Position numbers and translations under genes: made by a program
The notes under the pieces: model-generated
Told to the model about the DNA's origin: nothing
The model's database searches: none
What the model saw: only the letters and a program-made list of their open reading frames with translations
Assembly (NCBI GenBank): GCA_031396695.1
Contig: JANNLG010000171.1
Span: 6,053-70,052, forward strand
Source: Deltaproteobacteria bacterium
Lineage (GTDB): Bacteria > Myxococcota_A > UBA9160 > SZUA-336
DNA: 64,000 nucleotides
Direction of reading: 5' to 3'
Shown here: positions 1-9,018 of the stretch, one piece after another
How positions within the stretch are numbered: position 1 is the first letter of the stretch
Layout: each line of letters begins with the position of its first letter

Positions 1-469
1 ACGCGAACAGGAGCCCGAGCGCCGCGCGAGAGTCGCGGCCGACCAGCACGCTCACGCGCCGCGAGCGCTCGATCCCGCGCAAGCCCTCGAGCTGCAGCAC
101 CGGCATGGTGAACGCGCGCAGCGGCGAGAAGCGCAGCCACGTGAGTGAGTGCAGGAGCCCCGTGCGCACGATCAACCTGGGCAGGCTCGCGAGCGTCTCG
201 ACGAGCGTTGGCGTGCGACCGAAGAGCGCCTCTGCGAGCACCGCGAGCGCGACGCGATCGTAGAGCGGCTTCAGCCACCAGAGGAAGAAGCTCGCCAGCC
301 AGAGCCGCTCGGAGAGTCCGGCGTAGAGCGCGAGCGCAACCGACGCGACCACCAGTGCGTGCGCGGGAAACAGCGGCCAGAACACGGCGCGTGCGAAGCG
401 GAAGCCCAGGTCCACCGCCTCGTAGCCCTCACGGGGCCGGACCTCGACGGCGATTCGCTCAGTCTGCAC
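1..469 (-). CDS. Hypothetical membrane protein, 3' part truncated by the window edge. It is absent from the ORF track because it has no in-window stop. The candidate GTG start at 469..467 overlaps the stop of the upstream DUF95 gene.
   Basis: Reverse-strand frame reads without stops from about 469 to position 1: ...VQTERIAVEVRPREGYEAVDLGFRFARAVFWPLFPAHALVVASVALALYAGLSERLWLASFFLWWLKPLYDRVALAVLAEALFGRTPTLVETLASLPRLIVRTGLLHSL... It has hydrophobic segments and protein-like composition. The start is uncertain. Confidence 0.35.
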   Translation of the reverse strand, partial: MQTERIAVEVRPREGYEAVDLGFRFARAVFWPLFPAHALVVASVALALYAGLSERLWLASFFLWWLKPLYDRVALAVLAEALFGRTPTLVETLASLPRLIVRTGLLHSLTWLRFSPLRAFTMPVLQLEGLRGIERSRRVSVLVGRDSRAALGLLFA

Positions 470-1418
470 GCGATCGCCCCGCGCTGCCGAGCCAGAGCGC
501 GACCAGGACCCAGAGCGCCGCGCCGACGGCGAACTTCGCCGCAGCGGGCAGCGCGCGCGGCGACCAGAACGCCTCGATGCCCGCCGCGATCACCAGCATG
601 AGCGCCGCGCCCGCGATGATCGGCAGACTCGAGAGCGCCGCCGCGCGCAGCGCCGCGATGCGGCTCCGCGCACCCGGCGCGAGCACCGCCAGCCCGAGCC
701 GCATGCCCGACGCCGCCGCGAGCAGGATCGCGGTCAGCTCGAACGCGCCGTGGCCGATCACGAACGAGAAGAACGGCTCGGCCGAGCCCGCGCGCACCAG
801 GTGACTCGCGACCAGTCCGAAGTTGAGCGCGTTGAAGGTGACGCTCGCGAGTGTACCGACGCCGAACGCGAGTCCGCTCGCGAAGGTGCGGAAGGCGATC
901 GAGACGTTGTTCCAGATGTAGAAGCCGAACATCGTCGCGTCGTCGCCCGAGTCGCGCTCATGACCGGCGCCCGCCCCAGATGGGTCGTACATCTGCTCGA
1001 TCTCGGTCACGTTCGCCTGCGACATGAAGCTGTAGATCAGGTCCGGGTGCGCCCAGGCCAGCAGCGCGAGCGCGAGCGCGAGTCCGTAGAACAGCACGTG
1101 CAGGCTCGCGACCAACGGCAGCTCGCTGCGCACCGCGCGCGGAAAGTCGCGCGCGAGGAACGCGCCGATTCCGCGAATCTCGCCGGTGCGCGCCTGATAG
1201 AGCAGCCTGTGCCCGGCGAGCGCCAGCTCGTTCAGCTCCGCCACCAACGCGCCCGAGAGCTGGCGTTCGCGCGCAAGCGCGAGGTCGTGACAGAGTTGCC
1301 GATAGAGCGGTGGCAGCTCCGCCGCGTCGTCGGTCTCGCCACGCTCGAGCGCGGCCAGCAGGCGCGCGAAGCGGTCCCAGCGGGGTCGACCCTGCGCGTC
1401 GAATGCCTCGAGCTTCAC
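459..1418 (-). CDS. DUF95 / SpoIIM-like (stage II sporulation protein M family) integral membrane protein. Trimmed from the ORF 459..2141 to a GTG at 1418.
   Basis: C-terminal 320 aa of the 560-aa ORF: VKLEAFDAQGRPRWDRFARLL...IGHGAFELTAILLAAASGMRLGLAVL... Multi-TM with an HG-x-x-EL motif typical of DUF95. The upstream 240 aa of the ORF are R/G/A-rich junk and overlap the RDD gene in another frame. The GTG at 1418..1416 overlaps the RDD stop by 4 bp. Confidence 0.7.
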   Translation of the reverse strand: MKLEAFDAQGRPRWDRFARLLAALERGETDDAAELPPLYRQLCHDLALARERQLSGALVAELNELALAGHRLLYQARTGEIRGIGAFLARDFPRAVRSELPLVASLHVLFYGLALALALLAWAHPDLIYSFMSQANVTEIEQMYDPSGAGAGHERDSGDDATMFGFYIWNNVSIAFRTFASGLAFGVGTLASVTFNALNFGLVASHLVRAGSAEPFFSFVIGHGAFELTAILLAAASGMRLGLAVLAPGARSRIAALRAAALSSLPIIAGAALMLVIAAGIEAFWSPRALPAAAKFAVGAALWVLVALWLGSAGRSRAD

Positions 1419-2095
1419 GCAGTCCGTCCCACCAGGTGGGCTGCCTGCGCGATCAGGCTCGCGCGCGGATCGTCCTGCCCCGTGAGCGAGCGCGGAATCG
1501 CCGACAGCTCGGCGGCACGCTCGGGCGAGAGACTCGCGGCGCGCTCGGCGAACGCGATCACCGCCGCTTGCTCGTCGAGCGTGAGTGGAATCGGTGGCGC
1601 GACCGGAGTCACGTCGGGGATTCGAGTCACGGGTGCGCGCGGCGCGTCGGCGTAGACGACCAGCGTGCCGGCCGCCAGATCGCCGAGACGGCGGAAGCTC
1701 GTGTCCGAGATCATCGACACCAGCCCCGCCAGGTACAGGAGCGGCAGGAAGTCCGCGACCAGCAAGAAGTTCCGCAGCACCGAAGCCGACCAGCCGACCG
1801 GCGTGCCGTTCTCCTGCACCACGCGCAGACCCATCAGGCGCTTGCCGGGAGTCTGCCCGTGCGCGCGCACTTCGAACAGCACCGGGTAGAACCAGAGCAG
1901 CGCGAACAAGCCGATCAAGTAGAGCCCGACGCCAAAACCCGCGAACGCGGAGAGCGCGATCTGCAGGCCGAGCGCGATTCCGCCCTGCAGGAGCGTGTCG
2001 ACGCCCCACGCGAGCGCACGCGGAACCGGCCCCGCCACGCGCAGGGCGAGGTCGACGCCCTCCGGCGTCTGGACGGCGTGGATGGTGTCGATCAT
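1415..2095 (-). CDS. RDD family membrane protein. Real C-terminal part of the spurious 546-aa ORF 1415..3055.
   Basis: ATG at 2095..2093. MIDTIHAVQTPEGVDLALRVAGPVPRALAWGVDTLLQGG...YPVLFEVRAHGQTPGKRLMGLRVV... matches the RDD-domain signature (G-Q-T-x-G-K...G). Divergent from ndh. Confidence 0.7.
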   Translation of the reverse strand: MIDTIHAVQTPEGVDLALRVAGPVPRALAWGVDTLLQGGIALGLQIALSAFAGFGVGLYLIGLFALLWFYPVLFEVRAHGQTPGKRLMGLRVVQENGTPVGWSASVLRNFLLVADFLPLLYLAGLVSMISDTSFRRLGDLAAGTLVVYADAPRAPVTRIPDVTPVAPPIPLTLDEQAAVIAFAERAASLSPERAAELSAIPRSLTGQDDPRASLIAQAAHLVGRTA

Positions 2096-2164
2096 GCGCC
2101 CGGGATCGTAGGTGAACGCGCGCACGCCGCCAAAAGCGCACGCGCGCGCTAGCTTGCCGAGGAC

Positions 2165-3442
2165 GTGCGCGAGAGCGAGCAACGGACGCGGCCGCGGATC
2201 GTGATCGTGGGCGCCGGCTTCGGCGGCCTGCGCGCGGCGCGCGCGTTGGCGAAGGCCGACGTCTCGATCACGCTCGTGGACCAGCGCAACTACCATTTGT
2301 TCCAGCCGCTGCTCTATCAGGTGGCGACCTCGATGTTGCCGCCCGAGAGCATCGCCTACCCGGTGCGCGCGATCCTGCGCCGCCAGAAGAACCTCGAGTT
2401 CCGGCTCGCGCGCGTGGAGTCGGTCGACTTCGAAAAGCGCGAGCTCACGACCAGCGCGGGACCGATCGGCTACGACCGGCTCGTACTCGCGGTCGGCGGC
2501 CGCACGAACTTCTTCGGGCTCACGTCGGTGGAGCGCAACGGCTTCGGCTTGAAGGATCTCGACGAGGCCGTGAACGTGCGCAACCAGATCCTGCGCAGCT
2601 TCGAACGCGCGCTGCACGAGCCGAGCCCGGAGCGGCGCCGCGCCCACCAGACCTTCGTGGTGGTCGGCGGCGGACCGACCGGCGTCGAGAGCGCGGGCGC
2701 ACTCTCGGAGCTCGTGCGGCTCGTGCTCGCCAAGGACTTCGCCGCGCTCGAGATCAAGGACGTGCGCGTGATCTTGCTCGAGGCGACGCACGCGCTGCTG
2801 GCTGCGCTGCCCGAGAAGCTGCGCGAGGAGACCGCGCTGCGTCTCTGGCACAAGCACGTCGAGGTGCGCTTCGGCGCGCAAGTGGTCGAGTTCGACGGCG
2901 AGCGGGTGACACTGAAAGGTGGCGAGGTGATTCCCGCGCGCACGCTGATCTGGGCGGCGGGCGCGCGCGCGGCGGGCCTGATCGATCGACTCGGCCTGGC
3001 GCAGGGCGCGCAAGGCCGCGTGCGGATCGACGAGACGCTGCGCGTGCTCGACCACGACGACGTGTTCGCGATCGGCGACGCGGCCTTTCTAGAGCGCGCG
3101 GGTCAGCCGCTGCCGATGATGGCGCCGGTCGCCATGCAACAGGGCGAGCTGGTCGCGCGCAACGTCACGCGATCGCTCGAAGGCGCGCCGCTCGAGCCGT
3201 TCGCGTACCGCAACCCCGGTTCGCTCGCGACGATCGGCCGCAACGCCGCGGTCGCGCACCTGGGCCGCTTCGCGTTCACGGGCTTTCTCGCGTGGCTGCT
3301 CTGGCTGGCCGTCCACGTCGCGCAGCTGATCGGCTTTCGCAACAAGCTGCTCGTGCTGCTCGAGTGGGGCTGGGAGTACTTCACCTACGAACGAGCGGTG
3401 CGCCTGATCACCGCCGATCAGGTGCGCGAGCGCGGCGACTGA
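2165..3442 (+). CDS. ndh: Type II NADH dehydrogenase (NDH-2, FAD/NAD-binding pyridine nucleotide-disulfide oxidoreductase).
   Basis: IVIVGAGFGGLRAARALAKADVSITLVDQRNYHLFQPLLYQVATS... is the canonical NDH-2 N-terminus with two Rossmann GxGxxG motifs. Confidence 0.9.
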   Translation: MRESEQRTRPRIVIVGAGFGGLRAARALAKADVSITLVDQRNYHLFQPLLYQVATSMLPPESIAYPVRAILRRQKNLEFRLARVESVDFEKRELTTSAGPIGYDRLVLAVGGRTNFFGLTSVERNGFGLKDLDEAVNVRNQILRSFERALHEPSPERRRAHQTFVVVGGGPTGVESAGALSELVRLVLAKDFAALEIKDVRVILLEATHALLAALPEKLREETALRLWHKHVEVRFGAQVVEFDGERVTLKGGEVIPARTLIWAAGARAAGLIDRLGLAQGAQGRVRIDETLRVLDHDDVFAIGDAAFLERAGQPLPMMAPVAMQQGELVARNVTRSLEGAPLEPFAYRNPGSLATIGRNAAVAHLGRFAFTGFLAWLLWLAVHVAQLIGFRNKLLVLLEWGWEYFTYERAVRLITADQVRERGD

Positions 3443-3474
3443 ACCCGCGCGCGCGCGATCGGGTAGCATCGGGC

Positions 3475-4425
3475 ATGGCCAAACCCTTCCGCTTCGCGGT
3501 GCAGGTCTCGACGCTCCCCGCCGACGGCTGGATCGAGCGCGTGCGCTCGTACGAGCGACTCGGCTTCTCCACGGTCTTCTGCCCCGATCACTTCGGGCCG
3601 CAGTGGGATCCGACTGCGCTGCTCGCGGCGGCCGCCGCGGTCACGACACGACTCAATGTCGGGTCGCTGGTGTACGACGTCGACTACCGCCACCCCGTGA
3701 TCCACGCCAAGGGCGCCGCGACGATCCAGCTGCTCTCCGGCGGGCGGCACGAGTTCGGCATCGGCGCGGGTTGGATGCAGACCGACTACGACGAGGCGGG
3801 CATGCCTTACGACCGCCCAGGCCTGCGCATCGAGCGGCTCGACGAGGCGCTGCAGATCATCAAGAGCATGTGGGAGAACGAACGCACCACGTTCTCGGGC
3901 AAGCACTACAAGATCACCAACATCGCGAAGGCCGCCGAGCTGCCGGCCGGCGCGCGGCCCAAGATCCTGATCGGCGGTGGAGGACCGCGCGTGTTGCGGC
4001 TCGCGGGCCGGCACGCCGACATCGTCGGCATCAATCCGAGCCTGCCCGAGGGCAAGATCACGCGAGACAGTGCCGCCGATCTCGCGCCCGAGCGGCTCGA
4101 CGAGAAGCTGCGCCACGTGCGCGCGGGCGCGGAGGCCGCGGGCCGACGTTTCGACGAGATCGAGCTGAACTCGCTGACCTTCGTGGTGGCGATCACGGAT
4201 GATGCCTCGGGCCTGCGCGCGGGCCTGGCCGCGAACAGCGGAATGTCGGTCGAGCAGGTCGCGAACTGCCCGATCTTCCTGACCGGCTCCGCGGCGGAGA
4301 TCCGCGACGGGCTCGAGAAGCGGCGCGAGCGCTACGGGCTCTCGTACATCGTGATCCAGGGCCGCGATCCGGCCATGGTCGAGAAGTTCGCCGAGCTGAT
4401 CGTGGCGCCGCTGTCCGGCAAGTGA
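3475..4425 (+). CDS. Luciferase-like monooxygenase (LLM) family flavin/F420-dependent oxidoreductase.
   Basis: ATG at 3475 (MAKPFRFAVQVSTLP...) after trimming the 3292 ORF, which overlapped ndh. TIM-barrel LLM motifs are present (GFSTVFCPDHF, IGAGW, KILIGGGGPRVLRLAGRHADIVGIN). Confidence 0.8.
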   Translation: MAKPFRFAVQVSTLPADGWIERVRSYERLGFSTVFCPDHFGPQWDPTALLAAAAAVTTRLNVGSLVYDVDYRHPVIHAKGAATIQLLSGGRHEFGIGAGWMQTDYDEAGMPYDRPGLRIERLDEALQIIKSMWENERTTFSGKHYKITNIAKAAELPAGARPKILIGGGGPRVLRLAGRHADIVGINPSLPEGKITRDSAADLAPERLDEKLRHVRAGAEAAGRRFDEIELNSLTFVVAITDDASGLRAGLAANSGMSVEQVANCPIFLTGSAAEIRDGLEKRRERYGLSYIVIQGRDPAMVEKFAELIVAPLSGK

Positions 4426-4473
4426 CGCGCGCGAACGAGCGAGCGCATGCGCTAGCAACTTTGCCTCAAGCGG

Positions 4474-7400
4474 GTGCGCGACACCTCCGATAACTTCGTG
4501 GACATGAGCGCCACGCTGGGGACGGACCCGCCGCTCTGGGAGCGCTACACCCGAACGCACGGCCGCGTGCACCTGACGGGTCTGCAAGCGCTGCTGCGCA
4601 TGACGCTCGACCAGCTGCGCAGCGACGCGCGCGCAGGGCTGCGCACCGGCGCGTTCTTCTCCGGCTATCCGGGTTCTCCGCTCGCGGGGCTGGACGGAAT
4701 GCTGCGCAGCCTGGCGCCGCTGCTCGCGCGCTCGGACGTGCGGCTCGCGCCGGGTCTGAACGAAGAGCTCGCGGCCAGCGCGGTGGCGGGCACGCAGCTC
4801 GTCGAGACCTTCCCGCACGCCCGCTACAACGGCGTGCTCGGGGTCTGGTTCGGCAAGGCGCCCGGTCTCGATCGCGCGATCGACGCGCTGCGCCACGCCA
4901 ATTTCGTGGGCACCGGACGGCAGGGCGGTGCGCTGGCGGTCGTGGGCGACGATCCGTTCTGCAAGAGCTCGTCGCTGCCGAGCCACAGCGAGCACGCCTT
5001 CGCGCACGCCTACATTCCGTTGTTCGCGCCGGCCGACCCGGGCGACGTGCTGCGCCTCGGACGGCTGGCGTTCGCGCTCTCGCGCTACACCGGATTGTGG
5101 AGCGGACTGCGCATGGTGGCCGACGTGGCCGACTCGGGCCGGATCGTCACGCTCGCCGACGCTGAGCCCGCGCTCGTGCTGCCGGAGTTCGTGAATCCGG
5201 CCGGCCGGCCGGCTCGGCGCATCGACACGAATCTGCTGCCGCCGAACGTGCTGCGCATCGAGCAGGATCTGGTCTTCGGCAGACTCGAAGCCGTGCACCG
5301 CTTCGCGCGCGCGAACGGCTTGAATCCGATCACGTCGAAGCACGCGCGCGATCGCGTGGGCCTCGTCGCTTCGGGCTCGCTCTACCGCGAGCTCGAGAGC
5401 GCGCTCGCGCTGCTCGGCCTCGACGAGCCCGAGCGCGAGCGACTCGGCGTGCGGCTGCTCAAGCTCGACCTGGTCTGGCCGCTCGAGACCGAGCGCATGC
5501 GCGAGTTCGCATCCGGACTCGAGGCGATCGTGGTGGTGGACTCGCGCCGTGCCTGGCTCGAGGAGCAGGTGCGCGCGGCGTTGTACGAGGGCGGGTCGCG
5601 CGCGCGCGTGCTCGGCCAGCACGACGAGCGCGGCGCGGCCTGGCTCGCGCGCCGCCACGAGCTCACCGGCGGTACGCTCGCGCAGGATCTCGCGCCCTGG
5701 CTGGGCGAGAAGCTCGGCGAGCCGAAGCTGGTTTCTCGCCTCGCGCCGCTCGAAGCCGCGCTCGCGCGCGCGTCCCACGCGGCCGAACCGTCGCGCGCGC
5801 CGCACTTCTGCAGCGGCTGTCCGCACTCGTCGTCGACCAAGCTGCCCGAGGGCTCGCTCGCCGGCGGCGGCATCGGCTGTCACACCATGGCGCTGCTCAT
5901 GCCCGAGCGCGCAGTGCGGCTGCTCGGCGCGATGGGTTCGGAGGGTGCGCACTGGATCGGTCTCGCGCCCTACACCGAGACGCGACACCTGTTCCAGAAC
6001 CTGGGCGACGGCACCTACTTCCACTCCGGCCGGCTGGCGGTTCGCGCCTGCGTCGAGGCCGGTGCGACGATCACCTTCAAGCTGCTCTGGAACGGAGTCG
6101 TCGCGATGACCGGCGGCCAGCACGCCGTGGGCGCCAAGCCGCTCGCGGCGCTGGTGCGGGATCTGCTGGCCGACGGGGTGCTCTGCGTGGTGGCGATGAG
6201 CGACGACCGCGAGGTCGCCGCGCTCGAAACCTACGAGCCGCGTCTTCGGGTGGTGGACCGGAACGGCTGGGACGGCGCCATGCGCGAGCTGCGCGAGCAG
6301 AGTGGCGTCAGCGTCATGATCTGGGACGAGCTGTGCGCGAACGAGAAGCAGCGGCTCGAACGCCGCGGCGTGCTCGCTCGGCCGAGCGCGCGCGTGGTGA
6401 TCAACGAAGACGTGTGCGAGGGCTGCGGCGACTGCGGCGTCAAGTCTTCGTGCGTGTCGCTGCGGCCGGTCGAGACCGCGCTCGGCCGCAAGACGCGCGT
6501 GCACGCGGGCTCGTGCAGCGACGATCGCGCCTGCCTCGACGGGGACTGCCCGGCGTTCCTCTCGGTCGAGGGTGCGACGGCCGCAGCGCTGCCCTTCGAG
6601 TCCCTGCTGACGGGGCCGCTGCCCGAGCCGCCCGCGCCGATCTGGGACGGCGATCGCTACGAGCTGCAGCTGGTCGGCATCGGCAGCACGGGCGTGGTCA
6701 CGATCGACGCGCTGCTGGTGCGCGCCGCCGAGCACGACGGCTTGTACGCGATGCACCTCGACCAGACCGGCCTCGCGCAGCGCGGCGGCAAGGTCGTGTC
6801 GCACTGCGTGCTCGCGCGCACCGAACTGACGGGCAGCCCGCGCATCGAGCCGGGCCGCGCGGACGTGCTGCTCGCCTTCGATCCGCTCGGCTCCTCGGAT
6901 CGCGACGCACTGCGCGCGCTCGACCCGGGCCGCACGCGCGCGGTGGTGCACGAGCTGTACGTGCCGACCGGCGCCGACGTGGGCGCGCCCGGCTTCCAGC
7001 CGCCCGACCTCTCCTTGCTGATCGAGCCGCTGCGCGAAGCCACGCGCTCGCTCGAGCGCGTTCCCGCGGAGCTGCTCGCGGAAGTCGCGCTCGGCCAGTC
7101 GCTGTCGGCGAATCTGGTGCTGCTCGGCTTCGCCTGGCAGCGCGGACTCGTGCCGGTCTCGCGACTCGCGCTCGAACGCGCGGTGCGAGAGAACGGTGTC
7201 GCGGTCGAGGCCAACCTGCGCGCGATCGCGCTCGGCCGCGCGGCCGCGGTCGACGCGGAGCTGGTCGCGAAGCTCTTGCACGACGCGACTCCGCCGGCGA
7301 TCGGCGACGAGCCGGCGCTCGATCGCGCCGCGCGCGCGCTCGGTCCGGCCTGGAGCGCGGTGCACGAAGCGCTCGGCCGCTTCCAGCACGCGAAGGACTC

Positions 7401-8031
7401 CGATCGCGTCACTTCGCTGATCGCATCGTTCGCGGCCGATCTGGTCGACTACCAGGGCAAGCGGCTGGCGTCGCGCTACTGCGCGCGCGTCGCGCGCGTG
7501 GCCGAGGCCGCGGCCGCCGTCGATCCGGAATCGCTCGCGCTCACCGAAGCCGCTTCGCGCGAGCTCTACCGCGTGCTCGCGTACAAGGACGAGTACGAGG
7601 TCGCGCGGCTCTTGCTGCGCGGTCCGCACCGGCGCTGGCTGCGGCGCCATTCCGCGCACCAGCCGAGCATCCGCTACCACCTGCACCCGCCGCTGCTGCG
7701 CGCGCTGGGCTTGAAATCGAAGCTCGCGCTCGGAGCGTGGATCGAGCCGGTCTTCGCCGCGCTCGCGGCCGCGCGCCGGTTGCGCGGAACCGCGCTCGAT
7801 CCGTTCGGCTGGACGCGCGCGCGCCGGCTCGAGCGCGAGCTCGCGAGCTGGTACGAGGGCGTGCTCGACGCGGTCGCCGCGCACGTGCGCGCCGAGAATC
7901 GCGCGGAAGCGCTCGAAATCGTGCGGCTGGCCGAGGGCATCCGCGGCTACGAGGGGATCAAGGAAGCGCGCGCCGCCGAGCTGCGGCCGATCATCGAGCG
8001 CAAGCTCGCGGCCCTCGTCGCGCCTCGCTGA
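4474..8031 (+). CDS. Indolepyruvate:ferredoxin oxidoreductase family protein (fused IorA/IorB, about 1180 aa). An alternative ATG at 4504 is possible.
   Basis: It has TPP-enzyme motifs and 4Fe-4S cysteine clusters (CSGCPHSS, CEGCGDCGVKSSC, CSDDRACLDGDCP), and the length matches the single-chain IOR family. The huge ORF 3418..7884 on the opposite strand is antisense junk. Confidence 0.9.
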   Translation: MRDTSDNFVDMSATLGTDPPLWERYTRTHGRVHLTGLQALLRMTLDQLRSDARAGLRTGAFFSGYPGSPLAGLDGMLRSLAPLLARSDVRLAPGLNEELAASAVAGTQLVETFPHARYNGVLGVWFGKAPGLDRAIDALRHANFVGTGRQGGALAVVGDDPFCKSSSLPSHSEHAFAHAYIPLFAPADPGDVLRLGRLAFALSRYTGLWSGLRMVADVADSGRIVTLADAEPALVLPEFVNPAGRPARRIDTNLLPPNVLRIEQDLVFGRLEAVHRFARANGLNPITSKHARDRVGLVASGSLYRELESALALLGLDEPERERLGVRLLKLDLVWPLETERMREFASGLEAIVVVDSRRAWLEEQVRAALYEGGSRARVLGQHDERGAAWLARRHELTGGTLAQDLAPWLGEKLGEPKLVSRLAPLEAALARASHAAEPSRAPHFCSGCPHSSSTKLPEGSLAGGGIGCHTMALLMPERAVRLLGAMGSEGAHWIGLAPYTETRHLFQNLGDGTYFHSGRLAVRACVEAGATITFKLLWNGVVAMTGGQHAVGAKPLAALVRDLLADGVLCVVAMSDDREVAALETYEPRLRVVDRNGWDGAMRELREQSGVSVMIWDELCANEKQRLERRGVLARPSARVVINEDVCEGCGDCGVKSSCVSLRPVETALGRKTRVHAGSCSDDRACLDGDCPAFLSVEGATAAALPFESLLTGPLPEPPAPIWDGDRYELQLVGIGSTGVVTIDALLVRAAEHDGLYAMHLDQTGLAQRGGKVVSHCVLARTELTGSPRIEPGRADVLLAFDPLGSSDRDALRALDPGRTRAVVHELYVPTGADVGAPGFQPPDLSLLIEPLREATRSLERVPAELLAEVALGQSLSANLVLLGFAWQRGLVPVSRLALERAVRENGVAVEANLRAIALGRAAAVDAELVAKLLHDATPPAIGDEPALDRAARALGPAWSAVHEALGRFQHAKDSDRVTSLIASFAADLVDYQGKRLASRYCARVARVAEAAAAVDPESLALTEAASRELYRVLAYKDEYEVARLLLRGPHRRWLRRHSAHQPSIRYHLHPPLLRALGLKSKLALGAWIEPVFAALAAARRLRGTALDPFGWTRARRLERELASWYEGVLDAVAAHVRAENRAEALEIVRLAEGIRGYEGIKEARAAELRPIIERKLAALVAPR

Positions 8032-8045
8032 GCTATCCTGCCGCC

Positions 8046-8264
8046 GTGTCGGAGTGGCTGCGAATCGCCCGCGAGCCGTCGGTCGTGCGACGTGCGTTTC
8101 GAACCATGCTCGTGGTCGGCGCGATCCTGATCGCCATCAATCACGGCGACGCGTTGCTCTCGGGTCAGCTCGACGCCGACCGCGTGTTCAAGATCTGCCT
8201 GACGTTGCTCGTCCCGTACGGCGTCTCGACCACCTCGAGCGTCGCCGCGCTGCGCTCGAGGTAA
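8046..8264 (+). CDS. NrtS-like small two-TM membrane protein (putative nitrate/nitrite transporter NrtS family).
   Basis: The C-terminal 72 codons of the spurious ORF 6333..8264 begin at a GTG 14 nt after the IOR stop: VSEWLRIAREPSVVRRAFRTMLVVGAILIAINHGDALLSGQLDADRVFKICLTLLVPYGVSTTSS. The AINHG-x-ALL-x-G...LT-x-LVPY-x-VS pattern matches NrtS proteins from memory. Confidence 0.5.
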   Translation: MSEWLRIAREPSVVRRAFRTMLVVGAILIAINHGDALLSGQLDADRVFKICLTLLVPYGVSTTSSVAALRSR

Positions 8265-8339
8265 CGGGGCCCGGCGCGCGGACGGCCGCGCGCCACCCGC
8301 ACTTCGCTCAGCTTCGCTTCGCTGCGCGCTTCGCTTGCG

Positions 8340-8933
8340 CTACCCGCCCGCGAGAAGTTCATCGCAGTCGTCGACGCGCAGACTCGTGGCCAGCAGCAGG
8401 CGCGTTGCGTCGGCGCGCATCGCGAACAGCGACGTGGCGTCGGCGCCGCTGACGGTGGACTCGGCGGATTCGACCCCGAGCGCTTGACCCGCGATCGTGA
8501 TGCAGAGCCACTTCTCGCGCGCTTCGAGGCGCCGATCGTAGCGGTCGATCAGCCCGCGCAGCTCGCCGTACACGATGCGATTCGCAGCGATCAGCGCGAA
8601 CGGCGCAGACAGATTCGCGATCTGGAGCTCGGACACGGAGCCGTACACGCTCTGATCGGGGTGCGCGCGCAGGTACTCCCGCGTCGAAGCGAAGCCGACC
8701 GCCGAGAGCGTCGCATTCACCGGCTCGTCGCCGAAGTCCTGGCTCTCGATCTTCGCGACCAGGTACGTGCCCTCGACCGGACCGTCGAGCGAGTAGCGCA
8801 CCACGTGCTCGTTCGTCTCGACCACGAGCTCGCCGCCTTCGAACACCGGGGCGAGTGGATTCGTGCGCAGATATCGCACCGCGAAGTGCCCCGCCACCAT
8901 CAGCGCGACGACCAGCAACGCCGTTTTCCACAT
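8340..8933 (-). CDS. Hypothetical membrane-anchored protein (N-terminal TM helix).
   Basis: ATG at 8933..8931 (MWKTALLVVALMVAGHFAVRYL...). The 77 codons upstream in the ORF are junk. Divergent from xth with an 85-bp spacer. Confidence 0.5.
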   Translation of the reverse strand: MWKTALLVVALMVAGHFAVRYLRTNPLAPVFEGGELVVETNEHVVRYSLDGPVEGTYLVAKIESQDFGDEPVNATLSAVGFASTREYLRAHPDQSVYGSVSELQIANLSAPFALIAANRIVYGELRGLIDRYDRRLEAREKWLCITIAGQALGVESAESTVSGADATSLFAMRADATRLLLATSLRVDDCDELLAGG

Positions 8934-9018
8934 TTCTACGTATCGGCGCGCCGGGGCTCGAGCAAGAGGCGAGAAGCCGCAGTTGCACACGCGTGACGGT
9001 CCACTCAATATCGCGCAC

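Noticed and set aside
3418-7884. A 1488-aa ORF on the minus strand.
   Set aside because: It is entirely antisense to the well-supported indolepyruvate oxidoreductase gene. Its translation is Arg/Ala/Gly-rich with no domain-like regions, a typical stop-codon-poor artefact of 70% GC DNA.
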